DNA of 64,000 bases from an uncultured Phycisphaeraceae bacterium (GTDB lineage Bacteria; Planctomycetota; Phycisphaerae; Phycisphaerales; UBA1924): assembly GCA_964419845.1 (NCBI GenBank), contig CAYQRD010000005.1:24175-88174 (forward strand), given 5' to 3'. The position numbers were made by a program, and so were the translations under genes. The notes beneath the pieces were generated by a model, which saw only the letters and a program-made list of their open reading frames with translations, did no database searches and was not told where the DNA came from. The number at the start of each line of letters is the position of its first letter. The stretch's first letter is position 1. Positions 1 through 9,426 of this stretch are shown piece after piece.

Positions 1-1416
1 CACGCGATAGTACTTCTCCGCGTTGCGGACCAGGGTCGCGTTGCGATGAGCATCGAAGAATGAATCTCCATCACGCTCGGTGTACTGCATCTGCTTCTTG
101 AGCAGGTGCGAGAGCGTCTCCACGGACTCGTCCTCGCAGTCCTTCATCCGCCCGCTGACCGTCGCACGCCCGTATGTCGCCGGGTCCGATTCCCACGGGG
201 AGAAGCATGCGTAGCGCACCCGGGCCATCTCCGCGGCCACCGGGTCAACCCGATCAAGATAATCCAGAACCGCGCCGATTGAGTTGTTCAGGCTGTAGAG
301 ATCGAGCCCGTGCACTCTGACCTGCGTCGTGTACGAACAGTCGGCGTTGTGTCGCTCAAGCCAATCGACGAAGCTTCGTGTCTCCTGATTGCGCCACATC
401 CATGTCGGGAACCGGGAGAACGCCGGAGTCCGCAGAAACGATTCTCCATGCTTTCGGACATACCGATCGATCGCTTGTGTATCGGGCCAGTCCGCTTCGA
501 GGGCGACGATTCCGAACCCTTTCTTCTCGATGAGTTCCTGCGTGATTCTTGCTCGCATGCGGTAGAACTCGCTCGTGCCGTGGCTCGCTTCACCGATCAG
601 CACGACGCGAGCATCCCCGATCCGATCGAGGAGCGGATCCAGCGGGGCGTTCTCAAGATCTTGGAACGGTTCGCAATGCGCTCGGATGAGTTGCGAGATC
701 CGTGACTGATCACCGGCGGCAATCCTTGCGTCGCGTGGGGCTCTGTGCGGCGCAAGAGGGTGGCCGTCGAGTGACCAACCCTGTGTTCCGATGAGGGGAA
801 CAAAGCGGACCTGACCGAGTGATTCCTCGTCATATTGATGCTCCCCTGTTCTGGTCACCTTCAGCAGTACCTGCTCACGCGGGTCCTTGCCAACCGGGAT
901 GATGAGACGCCCGCCGATTGCGAGTTGATTCAGCAGATTCTCGGGGATTTCTGGACCGCCGGCCGAGACAAGGATCCCGTCATACGGCGCGTACTCGGGC
1001 CACCCAAGAGTGCCGTCGCCGCAATGGATGTGCACATTTTTGTACCCGAGACTCCTGAAGCGAGCCAGAGCGAGATCTGCGAGGGTCCTGTGTCGCTCGA
1101 TGGTGTACACCTCCCCAACGACCTGCCCAAGCACCGCCGCGGCGTACCCAGACCCGGCCCCAACCTCCAGCACACGATCGTGCGCGTCTGGCTCGAGAGC
1201 ATCGATCATCGCTGCAACGATGAACGGTTGCGAGATCGTCTGCCCCTCTTCGATCGGGAGCGGCGCATCTTCATACGCGAACTCGGCAACATCTTCTGGG
1301 ACAAATCGTTCTCTGGGCACTGTGCGCATCGCCTTGAGCACACGCTGATTGCCAACCCCCCTGCTCTCGATCTGTTGGCGCACCATTCTGTCTCGCTGGA
1401 GTTGATGTAGCTTCAT
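1..1416 (-). CDS. pcm: Protein-L-isoaspartate O-methyltransferase (N-terminal ~215 aa) fused to an erythromycin-esterase-like domain; C-terminus runs off the left window edge
   Basis: Absent from the ORF track because it is open at the edge. Manual minus-strand translation from ATG 1416-1414 gives MKLHQLQRDRMVRQQIESRGVGNQRVLKAMRTVPRERFVPEDVAEFAYEDAPLPIEEGQTISQPFIVAAMIDALEPDAHDRVLEVGAGSGYAAAVLGQVVGEVYTIERHRTLADLALARFRSLGYKNVHIHC. This carries the PCMT TISQP and VLEVGAGSGY SAM motifs. It continues into VVLIGEASHGTSEFYRMRARIT...RNAEKYYRV, with the erythromycin esterase family GEASHGT.EFY signature. The start overlaps the upstream stop (ATGA at 1413-1416). Confidence 0.85.
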   Translation of the reverse strand, partial: MKLHQLQRDRMVRQQIESRGVGNQRVLKAMRTVPRERFVPEDVAEFAYEDAPLPIEEGQTISQPFIVAAMIDALEPDAHDRVLEVGAGSGYAAAVLGQVVGEVYTIERHRTLADLALARFRSLGYKNVHIHCGDGTLGWPEYAPYDGILVSAGGPEIPENLLNQLAIGGRLIIPVGKDPREQVLLKVTRTGEHQYDEESLGQVRFVPLIGTQGWSLDGHPLAPHRAPRDARIAAGDQSRISQLIRAHCEPFQDLENAPLDPLLDRIGDARVVLIGEASHGTSEFYRMRARITQELIEKKGFGIVALEADWPDTQAIDRYVRKHGESFLRTPAFSRFPTWMWRNQETRSFVDWLERHNADCSYTTQVRVHGLDLYSLNNSIGAVLDYLDRVDPVAAEMARVRYACFSPWESDPATYGRATVSGRMKDCEDESVETLSHLLKKQMQYTERDGDSFFDAHRNATLVRNAEKYYRV

Positions 1417-2714
1417 GAGCCTGTTCCCTTGTGCGTGTTCGTCAGGATGCGGCTGGATCCATCTTCGCGACCCATTCTCAGTGATCGAGGGTCATCCGAG
1501 AGTAGGCTCGTTGCAAGCATGACCGCGTTGATGTCCGTGTTGCGTGTCCATGCTGTTGTGCTCTGATGCGTTGGATCGAGCCAGTAACGCTCGATCTGAT
1601 CTGCGACCGCTTCATGCTTGAGGATCTGATCGAGATCTGAAATCAGATTCTGATGCCCCTCAAAGATCTCATGGCGTTGCTCAATGATCGATCGGGCGTG
1701 CCGAATCTGATGGAGCCCGATGGACAGCCCGAACTCCCGGAACGCCAGCCGCATGCTGGCGGGCCTGTGCATCAATCGATGAAAACTCATCTGATCCATG
1801 CTTATACGAGCTTCAGCGACTGCCTTTTCAATGATTGAAGTATGCACCAATGAGCCAGTATGGAGGAGTTGAATCAGCCGCGCCGCGTCGGCCAGCAAAC
1901 TCCCGATCCCGAGTTCATCATCATTCACCCAGTCCGCCTGCCGGCAGATGAAAAAGAAATCGGTGATGGCGTTGTGAAGATCAGCATGATCACCATCACC
2001 AGAGGTCCCCTGATCCGCTGTCGCCTGCAGGGACGAATATGTCACAAAGCCATCAAGCGCGTCGAGTCGTCCCATCGAGCCGATCAATGGCCGTGAGAGA
2101 TCGATGCTCATCTTCCAGAAAATAGTGGCCGGCTTATCCGCTGAAGACTGCACGAACGCACGGCGTGCGCTGCGTGCCAACTGAGCCGCCCATTCAAAGT
2201 ACTTGTGCTCATGCGTCACCACCGCCGTGTGGTGCAGCGCGTCGATCCACTTGGTCAGATAGTGAAAATACTGACCATCGCGATCCCATTCGACCCGCTC
2301 GTCGTATGGCTCGTCATCCCCCCGCTCGTTCATCGGCTTACCAATTCGAAGCCCGCCGACGGTTGGGTGCAGTTCCGCGAGCTCGGCGGCAAGTCCGCTG
2401 ATCCACCCCGAGCGCTCATCATCGGGTCGATGTTTGCCCAGAGTATGGTGGACCTGTTCGATCAGACGCAACGCATGCTCAAGGTGGCCGATATTCTGTG
2501 TGCTTTGCTGTGTTCGGAGATGCAGATTTAGATAGTTCCGCACTGCGAATGCATCGGTCCACAGATATCGGGTTCCGTCGCCGAGATCGCCCCAGATTGC
2601 CGTCCGCTCGGCAAAGTCCTCCATGATTGACGTGGCGAGCTGAGTTGCTGTGCTTCTCATGAGGCCCCCCATCGTTCGGTGCGATGACCCTGAAACCGGT
2701 GCCAATCCAGGCAA
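1413..2714 (-). CDS. Hypothetical protein, apparently all-alpha; function unknown
   Basis: 433-aa ORF whose stop overlaps the pcm-fusion start (ATGA), implying co-translation. I recognise no family. Motifs: LWTDAFAVRNYLNL, DRDGQYFHYLTKWIDAL. The start may be the internal ATG at 2660 (MRSTATQ). Confidence 0.6.
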   Translation of the reverse strand: MPGLAPVSGSSHRTMGGLMRSTATQLATSIMEDFAERTAIWGDLGDGTRYLWTDAFAVRNYLNLHLRTQQSTQNIGHLEHALRLIEQVHHTLGKHRPDDERSGWISGLAAELAELHPTVGGLRIGKPMNERGDDEPYDERVEWDRDGQYFHYLTKWIDALHHTAVVTHEHKYFEWAAQLARSARRAFVQSSADKPATIFWKMSIDLSRPLIGSMGRLDALDGFVTYSSLQATADQGTSGDGDHADLHNAITDFFFICRQADWVNDDELGIGSLLADAARLIQLLHTGSLVHTSIIEKAVAEARISMDQMSFHRLMHRPASMRLAFREFGLSIGLHQIRHARSIIEQRHEIFEGHQNLISDLDQILKHEAVADQIERYWLDPTHQSTTAWTRNTDINAVMLATSLLSDDPRSLRMGREDGSSRILTNTHKGTGS

Positions 2715-2882
2715 GCTTGAGATTGGTGTATTGGATCACTGAAACAACTGGTTCGACACGGGGATCCCGCCCTGTTCTTCTGTTCATGCAACGAGATTCG
2801 CTTGCAGCGTGTGGTTCTGCCTGCAAAGTGCACCAGCGAATCTCAGTCCCGAAAACTCGGAATCACTCACGCGGAGAAAGCG

Positions 2883-3062
2883 ATGCAGCATGATCGGCAC
2901 CAGGAAGATGAGTTGGAAGCAACGGAAGAGCAGATCGAAGCGCTCAGGGGTTATGGCGTGCAGGAGCACATCATTTCAGAGTTATCCTACGAGTCTGCGG
3001 AAGAAATGCTCACCGAGCTACAGGCCATCCGGGACGACGCCGCCCACAGGGGTACACGATGA
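2883..3062 (+). CDS. Small acidic hypothetical protein (59 aa), DUF3072-like pattern
   Basis: ATG at 2883 is preceded by GGAGAAAG. Product: MQHDRHQEDELEATEEQIEALRGYGVQEHIISELSYESAEEMLTELQAIRDDAAHRGTR. The T..Q...L.....LS..EA....ELQA pattern recalls DUF3072 small proteins. Third-position GC bias is only moderate. Confidence 0.35.
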   Translation: MQHDRHQEDELEATEEQIEALRGYGVQEHIISELSYESAEEMLTELQAIRDDAAHRGTR

Positions 3063-3069
3063 TCCGCGG

Positions 3070-5727
3070 TTATACGGGTCCGCTCTGCTTTGCGCGGCGG
3101 GGCACAGAACGAAGGCTGATGCAGATCTGCAACACAACGAGCGGGATCAGACTCATGATGCCGACAACGGCCCAACCACGCCAGCCCGGGTTGCCGGTTT
3201 GCAGTGGCTGAGCCATCCAGGGAACATGAACCGCCGCGATGAGCAGCAGTGTACACAACGCGATCGCCATCCAGAGATACCGGTTCGTTGTGATCTGATT
3301 CTTCCAGATCCCGGATCCGGGCTGACGCATGTTGAAGGCGTGCCAGAGTTGCGCGAACGCGAGTGTCAGAAACGAAACTGTCACGGACTGCGGCTGATCG
3401 AGATTGAGAAGATGCAGGGAAATCAGCAGACTCAGGAACACCGTCACCGCGATCAGGAACCCGGAAGCGGCGATCCCGATCCAATGCCGCCGGGTCAATA
3501 CCGGCTCGTCTGGTCGACGCGGTGGGCGATCCATGGCGTGCGGGTCACCCTCCCCGATACCGAGCGCCATCGCCGGGAACACATCGGTTACCAGATTCAG
3601 AAACAGGATCTGCAGGGGCAGAACCGGAAGCGGGGTCTGGGCAGCGACGCCCAGAAGCACCACAAGAATCTCGCTCAGATTACACGAGAGCAGGTAGCGG
3701 ATGAAAGTGCGGATATTGCCGAAGATGACACGGCCCTGCTCGATGGCAACAACAATCGAATCGAACGCGTCATCACGCAGGATCATGTCGGACGCCTCTC
3801 GTGCGACATCCGTGCCCCGCTTGCCCATGCCGACCCCGATATTGGCGGACTTGAGCGCGGGTGCATCATTGACACCGTCACCAAGCATGGCCACAATCTC
3901 ACCGTTCCGCTGGGCGCGTTTGACCAGTTCGAGCTTCTGGGCGGGCGTGACTCTCGCAAAGATCGATGCGTTCAGCCACTGATCATCAGGCTCTATTGAT
4001 CCGTTGGATACACGCGAGAGTTCCTGGCCGAGAACGATATCGGAATCGGTTCTTATGCCGACTGCGCCGGCGATGAAGCGGGCGGTCGGTCCCTGATCAC
4101 CTGTGACCATCACCACCCGAACACCGGCTCGCTGGCATCCAAGGATCGCGTCGCCGACGGACTTCCTCGGCGGGTCAATCAGGCCGATCAGCCCGAGCAG
4201 CGTGAGTTCACGGTAGGGATCCTCATCAGCGCGGAGCGCTGTCTTCTGAGCGATGGCCAGCACCCGCAGGCCATCTTGGGCCATCGACACATTCCGACCG
4301 ATCCATTCGGAACGCGATCGCTCGTCGAGCGTTTCGCACCCACCTTGCACCGCGACCGAACTCGATGCGCCAAGGACCGCTTCGGGCGCCCCTTTCACCG
4401 CGACACGGACCGCGCCCTGGGGGGCGTTGTGGAGGGTTGCCATCATATTCACTGACGAGTCAAACGCGTGCTCCCTGAGCTTCGGGTACGCGGCGCGGGT
4501 GGCATCAGGATCAACACCAGCCTGGATGCCCGCTACCAGCAGAGCGACCTCCATCGGATCCCCACTGAATGATCGTTCGCTTGAGTGATCATCGGCGTCC
4601 AATGATGCGTTGTTGCACAGAATCCCGACCTCAAGCAGATCGCGCAGATCGGGATCCTGGTCGGCATCGGCCTTATCGAGCAGGGTTTGGCCTGTGCCGC
4701 AGATGACACGCCGCACAGTCATCCGATTCTCGGTCAGTGTTCCGGTCTTGTCGGTAAAAATCACTGTCGTCGCGCCCAAGGTCTCCACGGCGTCCAGGTT
4801 CTTTATCAGCACATTTCGCTTGGCCATGCGCCACATGCCGCGAGTGAGCGCCAGCGTCGCGACGATCGGGAGCCCCTCGGGAACCGCGGCGACGGTCAGG
4901 GCGATCGCCGTTTTGATGATCATGGCGGTGTCCTTGCCGCTGTACAGTCCCACAACGACAACGAGCGCCGCGATAAAGCACGACAGCCACACGATCCTGC
5001 GTCCGAGCGTCTCCAATCGACGCTCAAGCGGGGTTTCACCCTCATCGGATTCGAGCATCAGCGAAGTGATATGGCCGAGTTCCGAACCCATCCCTGTTGC
5101 CCAAACGACACACTCGCCTGAACCACGCGTCACGGCGGTCCCCTTGTAGAGCATGCATCGGCGGTCGCCGAGTGTTGCATCCTCGCTGACGGGTTCCGAC
5201 CCCTTCTCGACGGGGACCGATTCGCCGGTGAGTGTCGACTCATCCGCGAGCATGTTTGAGCTCCGAACAATCCGCATATCAGCGGAAATGATGTCGCCAG
5301 CTTCGACAATCACGATGTCGCCTGGGACGAGCTCTGTTGATGCGACGCGCCGGGTCTGTCCGCATCGGCGGACACGAGCGTATGTTTCACCAAGATGACG
5401 CAGTGCTTCCATCGAACGCACCGCACGCAGTTCCGAAACAAACCCGATCGCCGCGTTCAGGACAATCACGACCCCGATTGCAAGAAGCTCCAGCCGGTCA
5501 TTGGTGATGGCTGCAAGGATCATCGCCGCGAAGAGCAGGAGCACGATGACGCCCCTGAACTGGTCGATGAGGATCTTCCATACACGAGCGGGGCGCTGGG
5601 TGTGGAGCTGATTGGCGCCGAACTCCTGCTTGCGGGCGCGTGCATCCTTGTCTGTCAAACCTTGTCTGAGATCGACACCGAGGTCTTGGAGAATATCAGC
5701 GGCGGGTCTGGCAAAAGGTCTGTCCAC
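3070..5727 (-). CDS. P-type cation-transporting ATPase (type II, Ca2+/Mg2+-ATPase-like)
   Basis: 885 aa with the phosphorylation motif DKTGTLT, TGES, MVTGDQGPTA and the GDGVNDAPALK hinge. There are multiple TM segments at both ends. Confidence 0.92.
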   Translation of the reverse strand: MDRPFARPAADILQDLGVDLRQGLTDKDARARKQEFGANQLHTQRPARVWKILIDQFRGVIVLLLFAAMILAAITNDRLELLAIGVVIVLNAAIGFVSELRAVRSMEALRHLGETYARVRRCGQTRRVASTELVPGDIVIVEAGDIISADMRIVRSSNMLADESTLTGESVPVEKGSEPVSEDATLGDRRCMLYKGTAVTRGSGECVVWATGMGSELGHITSLMLESDEGETPLERRLETLGRRIVWLSCFIAALVVVVGLYSGKDTAMIIKTAIALTVAAVPEGLPIVATLALTRGMWRMAKRNVLIKNLDAVETLGATTVIFTDKTGTLTENRMTVRRVICGTGQTLLDKADADQDPDLRDLLEVGILCNNASLDADDHSSERSFSGDPMEVALLVAGIQAGVDPDATRAAYPKLREHAFDSSVNMMATLHNAPQGAVRVAVKGAPEAVLGASSSVAVQGGCETLDERSRSEWIGRNVSMAQDGLRVLAIAQKTALRADEDPYRELTLLGLIGLIDPPRKSVGDAILGCQRAGVRVVMVTGDQGPTARFIAGAVGIRTDSDIVLGQELSRVSNGSIEPDDQWLNASIFARVTPAQKLELVKRAQRNGEIVAMLGDGVNDAPALKSANIGVGMGKRGTDVAREASDMILRDDAFDSIVVAIEQGRVIFGNIRTFIRYLLSCNLSEILVVLLGVAAQTPLPVLPLQILFLNLVTDVFPAMALGIGEGDPHAMDRPPRRPDEPVLTRRHWIGIAASGFLIAVTVFLSLLISLHLLNLDQPQSVTVSFLTLAFAQLWHAFNMRQPGSGIWKNQITTNRYLWMAIALCTLLLIAAVHVPWMAQPLQTGNPGWRGWAVVGIMSLIPLVVLQICISLRSVPRRAKQSGPV

Positions 5728-5840
5728 TTGGGCGACTCACAGGCAGTTCAGATGTGATCGGGTAAGAAACGGTGCCGGGCTTGATTTATCAGACTCGACA
5801 ACAGCTCGAGTGAACTGTGCAGGTGAGTCACTCGAGATGG

Positions 5841-6506
5841 TCAAACCTCAGATAACCCCTCACGAATTGCATACCGAACAAGCTCGCCGCGGTCATGGAT
5901 ATCGAGTTTCTCCATGATCTTTTCGCGGTGACCATCGACGGTCTTCGGGCTCCGGCAGAGCAAGTCGGCGATTTCAACTCGGGTCATACCTCGACCGATC
6001 ATCCGCAAGACCTCTTGTTCGCGCGGGGTCAGCGTGTCCAGCTTGGTCTTGATGATCGTGACTTCTCCGCGCCGCTTCCGCGTCGCGTCAAGACAGCGGC
6101 TCTTGATCTTCGAACTCAGGACAAACTCGCCCTTCTTCGCGATTGTTCTTAATCGGTCAACAATCTCATCCGTGTTGTCGCTCTTCGAAAAATACCCGTA
6201 CGCTCCGACTCGCATGGACTCGCTGATGTAGTGATCTCTAGTGTGCGCGCTGAGAAAAACAACACGAACATCCGGGAGCAACCGGCTGATCTCGAGCGCT
6301 GTCTCGAACGGATCGGGACCGGGTATTTCGATGTCGAGCAGCACGATGTCGGGCTTGAGCTCATCGGCGCGATGGAGCAGTTCACGGGTCGAGTTCAAAC
6401 TCCCGATGAACTCGATGTCCCGTTCGATATCGAATCTCGCCCTGAGCCCATCAATGAGGAACTGGTGATCATCGATACACAATACACGAATAGGAAGATT
6501 GCTCAT
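5841..6506 (-). CDS. Response regulator, NarL/FixJ (LuxR HTH) family
   Basis: MSNLPIRVLCIDDHQFLIDGL receiver domain (DIVLLDIEIPG) plus a C-terminal LTPREQEVLRMIGRGMTRVEIADLLCRSPKTVDGHR LuxR-type HTH. The start was set to ATG 6506, which overlaps the kinase stop (ATGA). The ORF-track start at 6635 is an upstream extension. Confidence 0.9.
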   Translation of the reverse strand: MSNLPIRVLCIDDHQFLIDGLRARFDIERDIEFIGSLNSTRELLHRADELKPDIVLLDIEIPGPDPFETALEISRLLPDVRVVFLSAHTRDHYISESMRVGAYGYFSKSDNTDEIVDRLRTIAKKGEFVLSSKIKSRCLDATRKRRGEVTIIKTKLDTLTPREQEVLRMIGRGMTRVEIADLLCRSPKTVDGHREKIMEKLDIHDRGELVRYAIREGLSEV

Positions 6507-8752
6507 CCGACTTTCCCCTCTGTAGCCGCAAAAATCGCTGCTCGCAGCGAGTCCACATCGTTTGCGTCCCTCAGGATTGTGACATTCGCGTTCCGTGCGA
6601 CTTCGTATCCATCGCCCAGCACAATCACAGAACAACCGTTGCTGATCGCGCTCTCAATGGCATCCGTGTTCGGATCGGGCGTGTCGGTGACCATGACAGA
6701 CACTCTGTCCGCACCCCATCCCGTCGGCGGTCCGGTCTCGACGCGCACCCCGGCCATCTCAAGCAGGTGGACAACGATCGACCTGGTGCGCGGGTTCTCG
6801 ACCGTGACAAACCCGACGGCCTGCTTCGCGTGCCTTTGCTCTTCACGCCGGTGCTCATCGGTTCTGCTGACGGAAGGTATTGTCATCACGATCTCGGTGC
6901 CCTCGCCGAGTTTGGAGTCGATCTCGATAGTCCCGCTAACCGACTGGATGATGCTGTGGACCAAGGTCAGCCCAAGCCCTGTCCCGATACCTCGCGTTTT
7001 GGTCGTGAAGAACGGCTCGAACACGCGGCCCTTCACCGAATCGGCCATGCCGATGCCGTTGTCGGCGACACCAACCCGGATCGCGTTTGAATCGACATGG
7101 GGCTTTGCCCAGATACAGACATGCCCGTCCTTTTCACGGACGGCCTTGCCAGAGTTGATCAGCATGTTGAGCACCGCCTGGGTCAGCCGATGGGGGGCGA
7201 TCGCAACGGGCGGGAGATCGGGCGCAATCGCTGATGTGAAAACGACATGATCCGGGAGTGCTTTGCTCAGGAGTGAGTGCGTCTGTATCCACCAGGATCG
7301 GAGGTCGGTCTGTTCTTCTGTTGCGTGCTCGTCTTCGGGATCGAGTATGAGCAGATTGAGACTTTCCGCCAGGTCCTGGAGGTAGCTCATGGACTTGCGG
7401 ATCTCCCGGATCTGATCCTGCACTTCCTCGGGCAACTGTGCGCTCGCGATTGCATCGAGACGAGCCCGCACGGGGAGCAGGATATTGCTCATATCATGCC
7501 CCAGCCCCGCGGCGAGCGTGCCCATCGCGTTGATCCGCTCTTTGCGTGAGAGCTGGTCCTCGATCTGTCGGCGATCGCTGATATCACGGATCAGCCCGGT
7601 GTACTTCTGCATGTGATCTATTTCGCCGACAAGCAGCTCGACGGGAAAAGTCGATCCGTCGCGTCGTTTCGCGAGAAGCTCTCTTCCCTTGCCGATGATT
7701 CGTTTTTCCCCGGTGTGTTGGTACCGCTTGATGTACCCGTCGTGATGCTCCGAGTATTGCGGCGGCATGAGTATGCTGACATTCTTTCCGATGAGCTCAT
7801 CGGATGTGTACCCGAACATCTCCTCGCCCGCCCGATTGACACTCTGGATCAACCCATTACGATCGATCGTGATGATCGCTTCGATCGCGGTATTGATGAT
7901 CGCGTTCAGCCGCTCCGTCTGTTCGGTAAGCTCGGACTCGACAACTTTATACTTCGTGATATCGAAGCTCACCCCGGTGACAGCAACACGGTTTCCATCT
8001 GTGTCACGCTGCACCTGCCCCATGACCACGATCCATCGCTCGGAATCGCCATCGGGTTTGAGCCGGAACTCGACATGACAATCGGTACCATCCTCGATCG
8101 CCCTTTCGATCAGCGCCCTGAGCTGCGGCAGATCTTCCGGATGAACGATCTCAAACGCCTTGTCGATATGAATACTGGCTTCGCACGGCGGCTGACCGCA
8201 GAGCGTGTGGATCCAGTGATCCACACGCAGCTGGCCTGAGGATAGATCCCACTCCCATCGGCCCATCCCGCGTTCATGGGAACCGAAGACACGGCCCGCA
8301 CCCTTCACCTGGTTGGCTGGTGAGCCCGGCGGAACTTCCCCAGGATCCTCAATCTCGTAGATCGCACCCAAGGCCTCCCCCTGATGGCCACGAAGCGGCG
8401 TGACCTCAATCTGCAGCCGAGCCACATTTCCCTGCGCTGATTCACGGGTTGGGTTTTGCAGGCGAATGGGCACACCGCTGGTTTGCTCAGACTGGGCAGG
8501 ATCCCAGCCGTCCATCAACTGAGCAAACACTGCATCACATGCACGGCCGACAATCACCTGAGAGCTGTCTAGACCAAACAACTCCACGAAGGCCCGGTTG
8601 CAATACACAAGCACGCCTCGGTTGTCTGCCATGCAAACAGCCCGCCGTGAAATCTCAACGGATCGAAACAGTAAATCGGGCAGATTGATCTGATGAGACG
8701 GACTGTTCATTTGCCCCCTACTCCAGTCACAGCATCTTATCTTAGCTCCCAT
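6503..8752 (-). CDS. Multi-PAS sensor histidine kinase with a C-terminal degenerate receiver-like domain
   Basis: Several PAS-like blocks (NRGVLVYCNRAFVELFG; IDRNGLIQSVNRAGEEMFGY). Phosphoacceptor region MGTLAAGLGHDMSNIL. HATPase motifs NGIGM...FEPFFTTK...GTGLGLTLV. The last ~115 aa resemble a receiver fold but lack the usual acidic pair. An alternative start is ATG 8710 (MNSPSHQ). Confidence 0.88.
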   Translation of the reverse strand: MGAKIRCCDWSRGQMNSPSHQINLPDLLFRSVEISRRAVCMADNRGVLVYCNRAFVELFGLDSSQVIVGRACDAVFAQLMDGWDPAQSEQTSGVPIRLQNPTRESAQGNVARLQIEVTPLRGHQGEALGAIYEIEDPGEVPPGSPANQVKGAGRVFGSHERGMGRWEWDLSSGQLRVDHWIHTLCGQPPCEASIHIDKAFEIVHPEDLPQLRALIERAIEDGTDCHVEFRLKPDGDSERWIVVMGQVQRDTDGNRVAVTGVSFDITKYKVVESELTEQTERLNAIINTAIEAIITIDRNGLIQSVNRAGEEMFGYTSDELIGKNVSILMPPQYSEHHDGYIKRYQHTGEKRIIGKGRELLAKRRDGSTFPVELLVGEIDHMQKYTGLIRDISDRRQIEDQLSRKERINAMGTLAAGLGHDMSNILLPVRARLDAIASAQLPEEVQDQIREIRKSMSYLQDLAESLNLLILDPEDEHATEEQTDLRSWWIQTHSLLSKALPDHVVFTSAIAPDLPPVAIAPHRLTQAVLNMLINSGKAVREKDGHVCIWAKPHVDSNAIRVGVADNGIGMADSVKGRVFEPFFTTKTRGIGTGLGLTLVHSIIQSVSGTIEIDSKLGEGTEIVMTIPSVSRTDEHRREEQRHAKQAVGFVTVENPRTRSIVVHLLEMAGVRVETGPPTGWGADRVSVMVTDTPDPNTDAIESAISNGCSVIVLGDGYEVARNANVTILRDANDVDSLRAAIFAATEGKVG

Positions 8753-8874
8753 GGCAGCACGACTCGTTCAACATGCATGAGATATGCACGGCACCCTTGT
8801 ATTCCAAACGGCATGATCTAACGAACACGGAGCCGAGCCTGAACCCGAACGGGGCGGTTTCCGGGTAGTCTTCA

Positions 8875-9333
8875 TTGCACAAACCTGTCATGATCGTTTC
8901 AGATCTGAGTCTCATTCGTGAGTCAGTGATGGATATCAAGCGATGGATTTTGATCACAGATGGGCAGATCGGAAGTCTGGTTCAGATCACCCCTGTTGAG
9001 GGGGGGCTTTTCCATACTGATTGTCTATATGAGTTCCAATCTTCGCTACCGAAAAGCGTCGCCGCCATGGACGGTCCGCGAGTCGATTCAACAGACAGCA
9101 TCAAGAAGGTCACTCGGTATGCGGATGAACTCCTGGTTTGGATTGAGCAGATGAACGATCGGTTTCAGTTCAGTCGGTTGGATGTCTTTGCTCCGGTACA
9201 GTCGCTGGAAGCGCTGCGAAATCGCAGACCTTTGAAACTATCTCTCATCATGCACGAGCATTGTCTGAAACTGACCACCATCGCCCTGAGTCACCCGGAA
9301 GTACAGAACCTGATCTCGAGACTCATTCAGTGA
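8875..9333 (+). CDS. Hypothetical protein; weak resemblance to the host-attachment-protein (release-factor-fold) family
   Basis: 152-aa ORF in a lower-GC patch directly upstream of hsp20. The N-terminal KRWILITDGQIGSLVQ and C-terminal LDVFAPVQSLEALRNRRP...LTTIALSHPEVQNLISRL follow the spacing I remember for that family. Start uncertain: TTG 8875, ATG 8890 or ATG 8929. Confidence 0.5.
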   Translation: MHKPVMIVSDLSLIRESVMDIKRWILITDGQIGSLVQITPVEGGLFHTDCLYEFQSSLPKSVAAMDGPRVDSTDSIKKVTRYADELLVWIEQMNDRFQFSRLDVFAPVQSLEALRNRRPLKLSLIMHEHCLKLTTIALSHPEVQNLISRLIQ

Positions 9334-9426
9334 TCCGGGAAGAATGAACATCACCGCTCGTTTGTTTCATGGGACAGGGAGCGCGAATTGCCGAGTTCGC
9401 AGGTCACAAACGCCAAGGAGGATCAG

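Noticed and set aside
2809-3999. 396-aa plus-strand ORF
   Set aside because: It is antisense to the 3' third of the P-type ATPase gene. Its Arg/Pro/Gly-rich translation has no motifs.
8935-8960. TDGQ in the 152-aa ORF as a possible GGQ release-factor motif
   Set aside because: It is a single tripeptide, not Gly-Gly-Gln, and sits in a predicted beta-strand-like context at the extreme N-terminus. Too weak to infer peptidyl-tRNA hydrolase activity.
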